From: Octopus bimaculoides
Taxonomy: Eukaryota
Assembly: GCF_001194135.2 (NCBI RefSeq)
Contig: NC_068989.1
Span: 23,354,876 to 23,388,263, forward strand
DNA: 33,388 nucleotides
Direction: 5' to 3'
This document shows positions 32,276 to 33,388 of the stretch, piece after piece (positions within the stretch are counted from its first letter, which is position 1; every line of letters starts with the position of its first letter). The position numbers and the translations under genes were made by a program. The notes under the pieces are model-generated. The model searched no databases. It was not told where the DNA came from and worked only from the letters and a program-made list of their open reading frames with translations.

Positions 32276-33231
32276 TCAATCAAAAACTAACATCAAGCTT
32301 ACAATAAATTGGTATATAAAGTTTAGAGGAAATAAATGGTTTAAATGTTTATCTAGTGAACAGGGTATAATATCTAGAAATGGATAACTTTGAATCACTA
32401 GAAACTGGAGTAGAAGATGGTATTTCTCAGAACTCAGTAATTGGACAACACCTATTTCCAATATACATAACCTGATATACATATGTAAGGAATCATCAAT
32501 GTGGAAAATATACAGTGTAAAATGTAAGCAATGTAAAAGGTCACCATTGTAAACGTGCTTTTGAGAAGCACGTATAAATGAATATCAGAGGACATGTTTT
32601 TAAACGAAACATTACAACTTTATTTGAATGGTAATGAGAGCTGACAAGTGATGAGCGAAGCGGGCGTATATGTAGGAGTCAGAGGAAAGCGATAAAACTT
32701 ACGATTGAACAAATGATATAGTTGTAAGCCGTAATAAGCTAGCAGAGACGGAAATAAACCACTCATGATGTATGTAGCGTTGTGTAGATAAAGACTAACT
32801 GAAAAGGTACTCGCAAGGTGGAGTTGACAAAAACGTTATAGGATGTCCATGATGTGGTTAGTGTTGAGAGCTTAATTTGATTCAGTAGCTTGCGGCGCTA
32901 AGGTGGTAAGAAATACAAAAAGGCAGGTTCCATCATAGAGAAACAATGTGGTCCGTGTCGGGTCCAACCGTTGATTGTCGAAAAATCGCGCGCCAACCAA
33001 GCGGGCGGATAACTGCTCTTTGGTATTCCTACGCGCCCAGCTCTGATTGGTTGAAGTAGTCATAACATGACTGTGCTATTGCAAAACAACACCAATGGCT
33101 TTCCTGACTCCTACATATACAATTACATGAGTTTATTTTTCTTAACACTGTTTTCTGAGTTCATATCCTGCCGAAGTAAACTTTTTGCACTTTTTGTCCT
33201 TTTGAGTCGATAAGGTGTCATTCAAAGGTGG

Positions 33232-33330
33232 AAGACTGGTGAAACGGAATCATTAGCGCGTTGGATGGGTTGCCTCGCAGTATTTGTCCCGCCCCTTTGT
33301 GTTTTGAGTTCAAATCTCGCTGTGGCCAAC
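33232..33330 (+). mobile_element. Degenerate SINE family A head
   Basis: GGAATCATTAGCGCG...GTTTTGAGTTCAAATCTCGC resembles the family A head. Confidence 0.5.
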
Positions 33331-33388
33331 ATAGGTGATAAGGGACGCCAGCGCCTATAAACCTTTATATTTCAGAGTTTCGGATGGG

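Noticed and set aside
32352-32490. Possible small exon or ORF MDNFESLETGVEDGISQNSVIGQHLFPIYIT with AG/GT borders
   Set aside because: It is 31 codons with no recognisable homology, and such splice-like dinucleotides occur by chance.
1-33388. CRISPR array, rRNA or prokaryotic operon
   Set aside because: There are no regularly spaced repeats with unique spacers, no rRNA-like sequence, and the content is clearly eukaryotic repeat DNA.

Overview
Eukaryotic, AT-rich, repeat-dense genomic DNA from a draft assembly with six N gaps. The SINE and MITE families look like those I recall from Octopus genomes, but this assignment is unverified. No intact host protein-coding gene is supportable. The first ~12.1 kb is a near-continuous patchwork of mobile-element relics, all on the minus strand: a Chapaev3-like transposon end, a Helitron, a Hero-type RLE retrotransposon, a Naiad-like Penelope element carrying a hammerhead ribozyme, a TIR-bounded piggyBac, a decayed parvovirus NS1 endogenous viral element split by a solo LTR and joined in frame to a Hero RLE nuclease fragment, an ankyrin-repeat scrap, a second Chapaev3-like fragment and a Merlin transposase fragment. 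The remaining ~21 kb is ordinary intergenic or intronic-looking sequence. It holds microsatellites, many tRNA-derived SINEs, R4/Dong, RTE and Hero LINE fragments, hAT and piggyBac MITEs, and two tRNA-Ser(GCT) genes, one of which is mutated. The most notable observations are the parvoviral NS1 EVE and its RLE-NS1 chimeric ORF, the Penelope hammerhead ribozyme, and the uni-strand, piRNA-cluster-like organisation of 1-12 kb.
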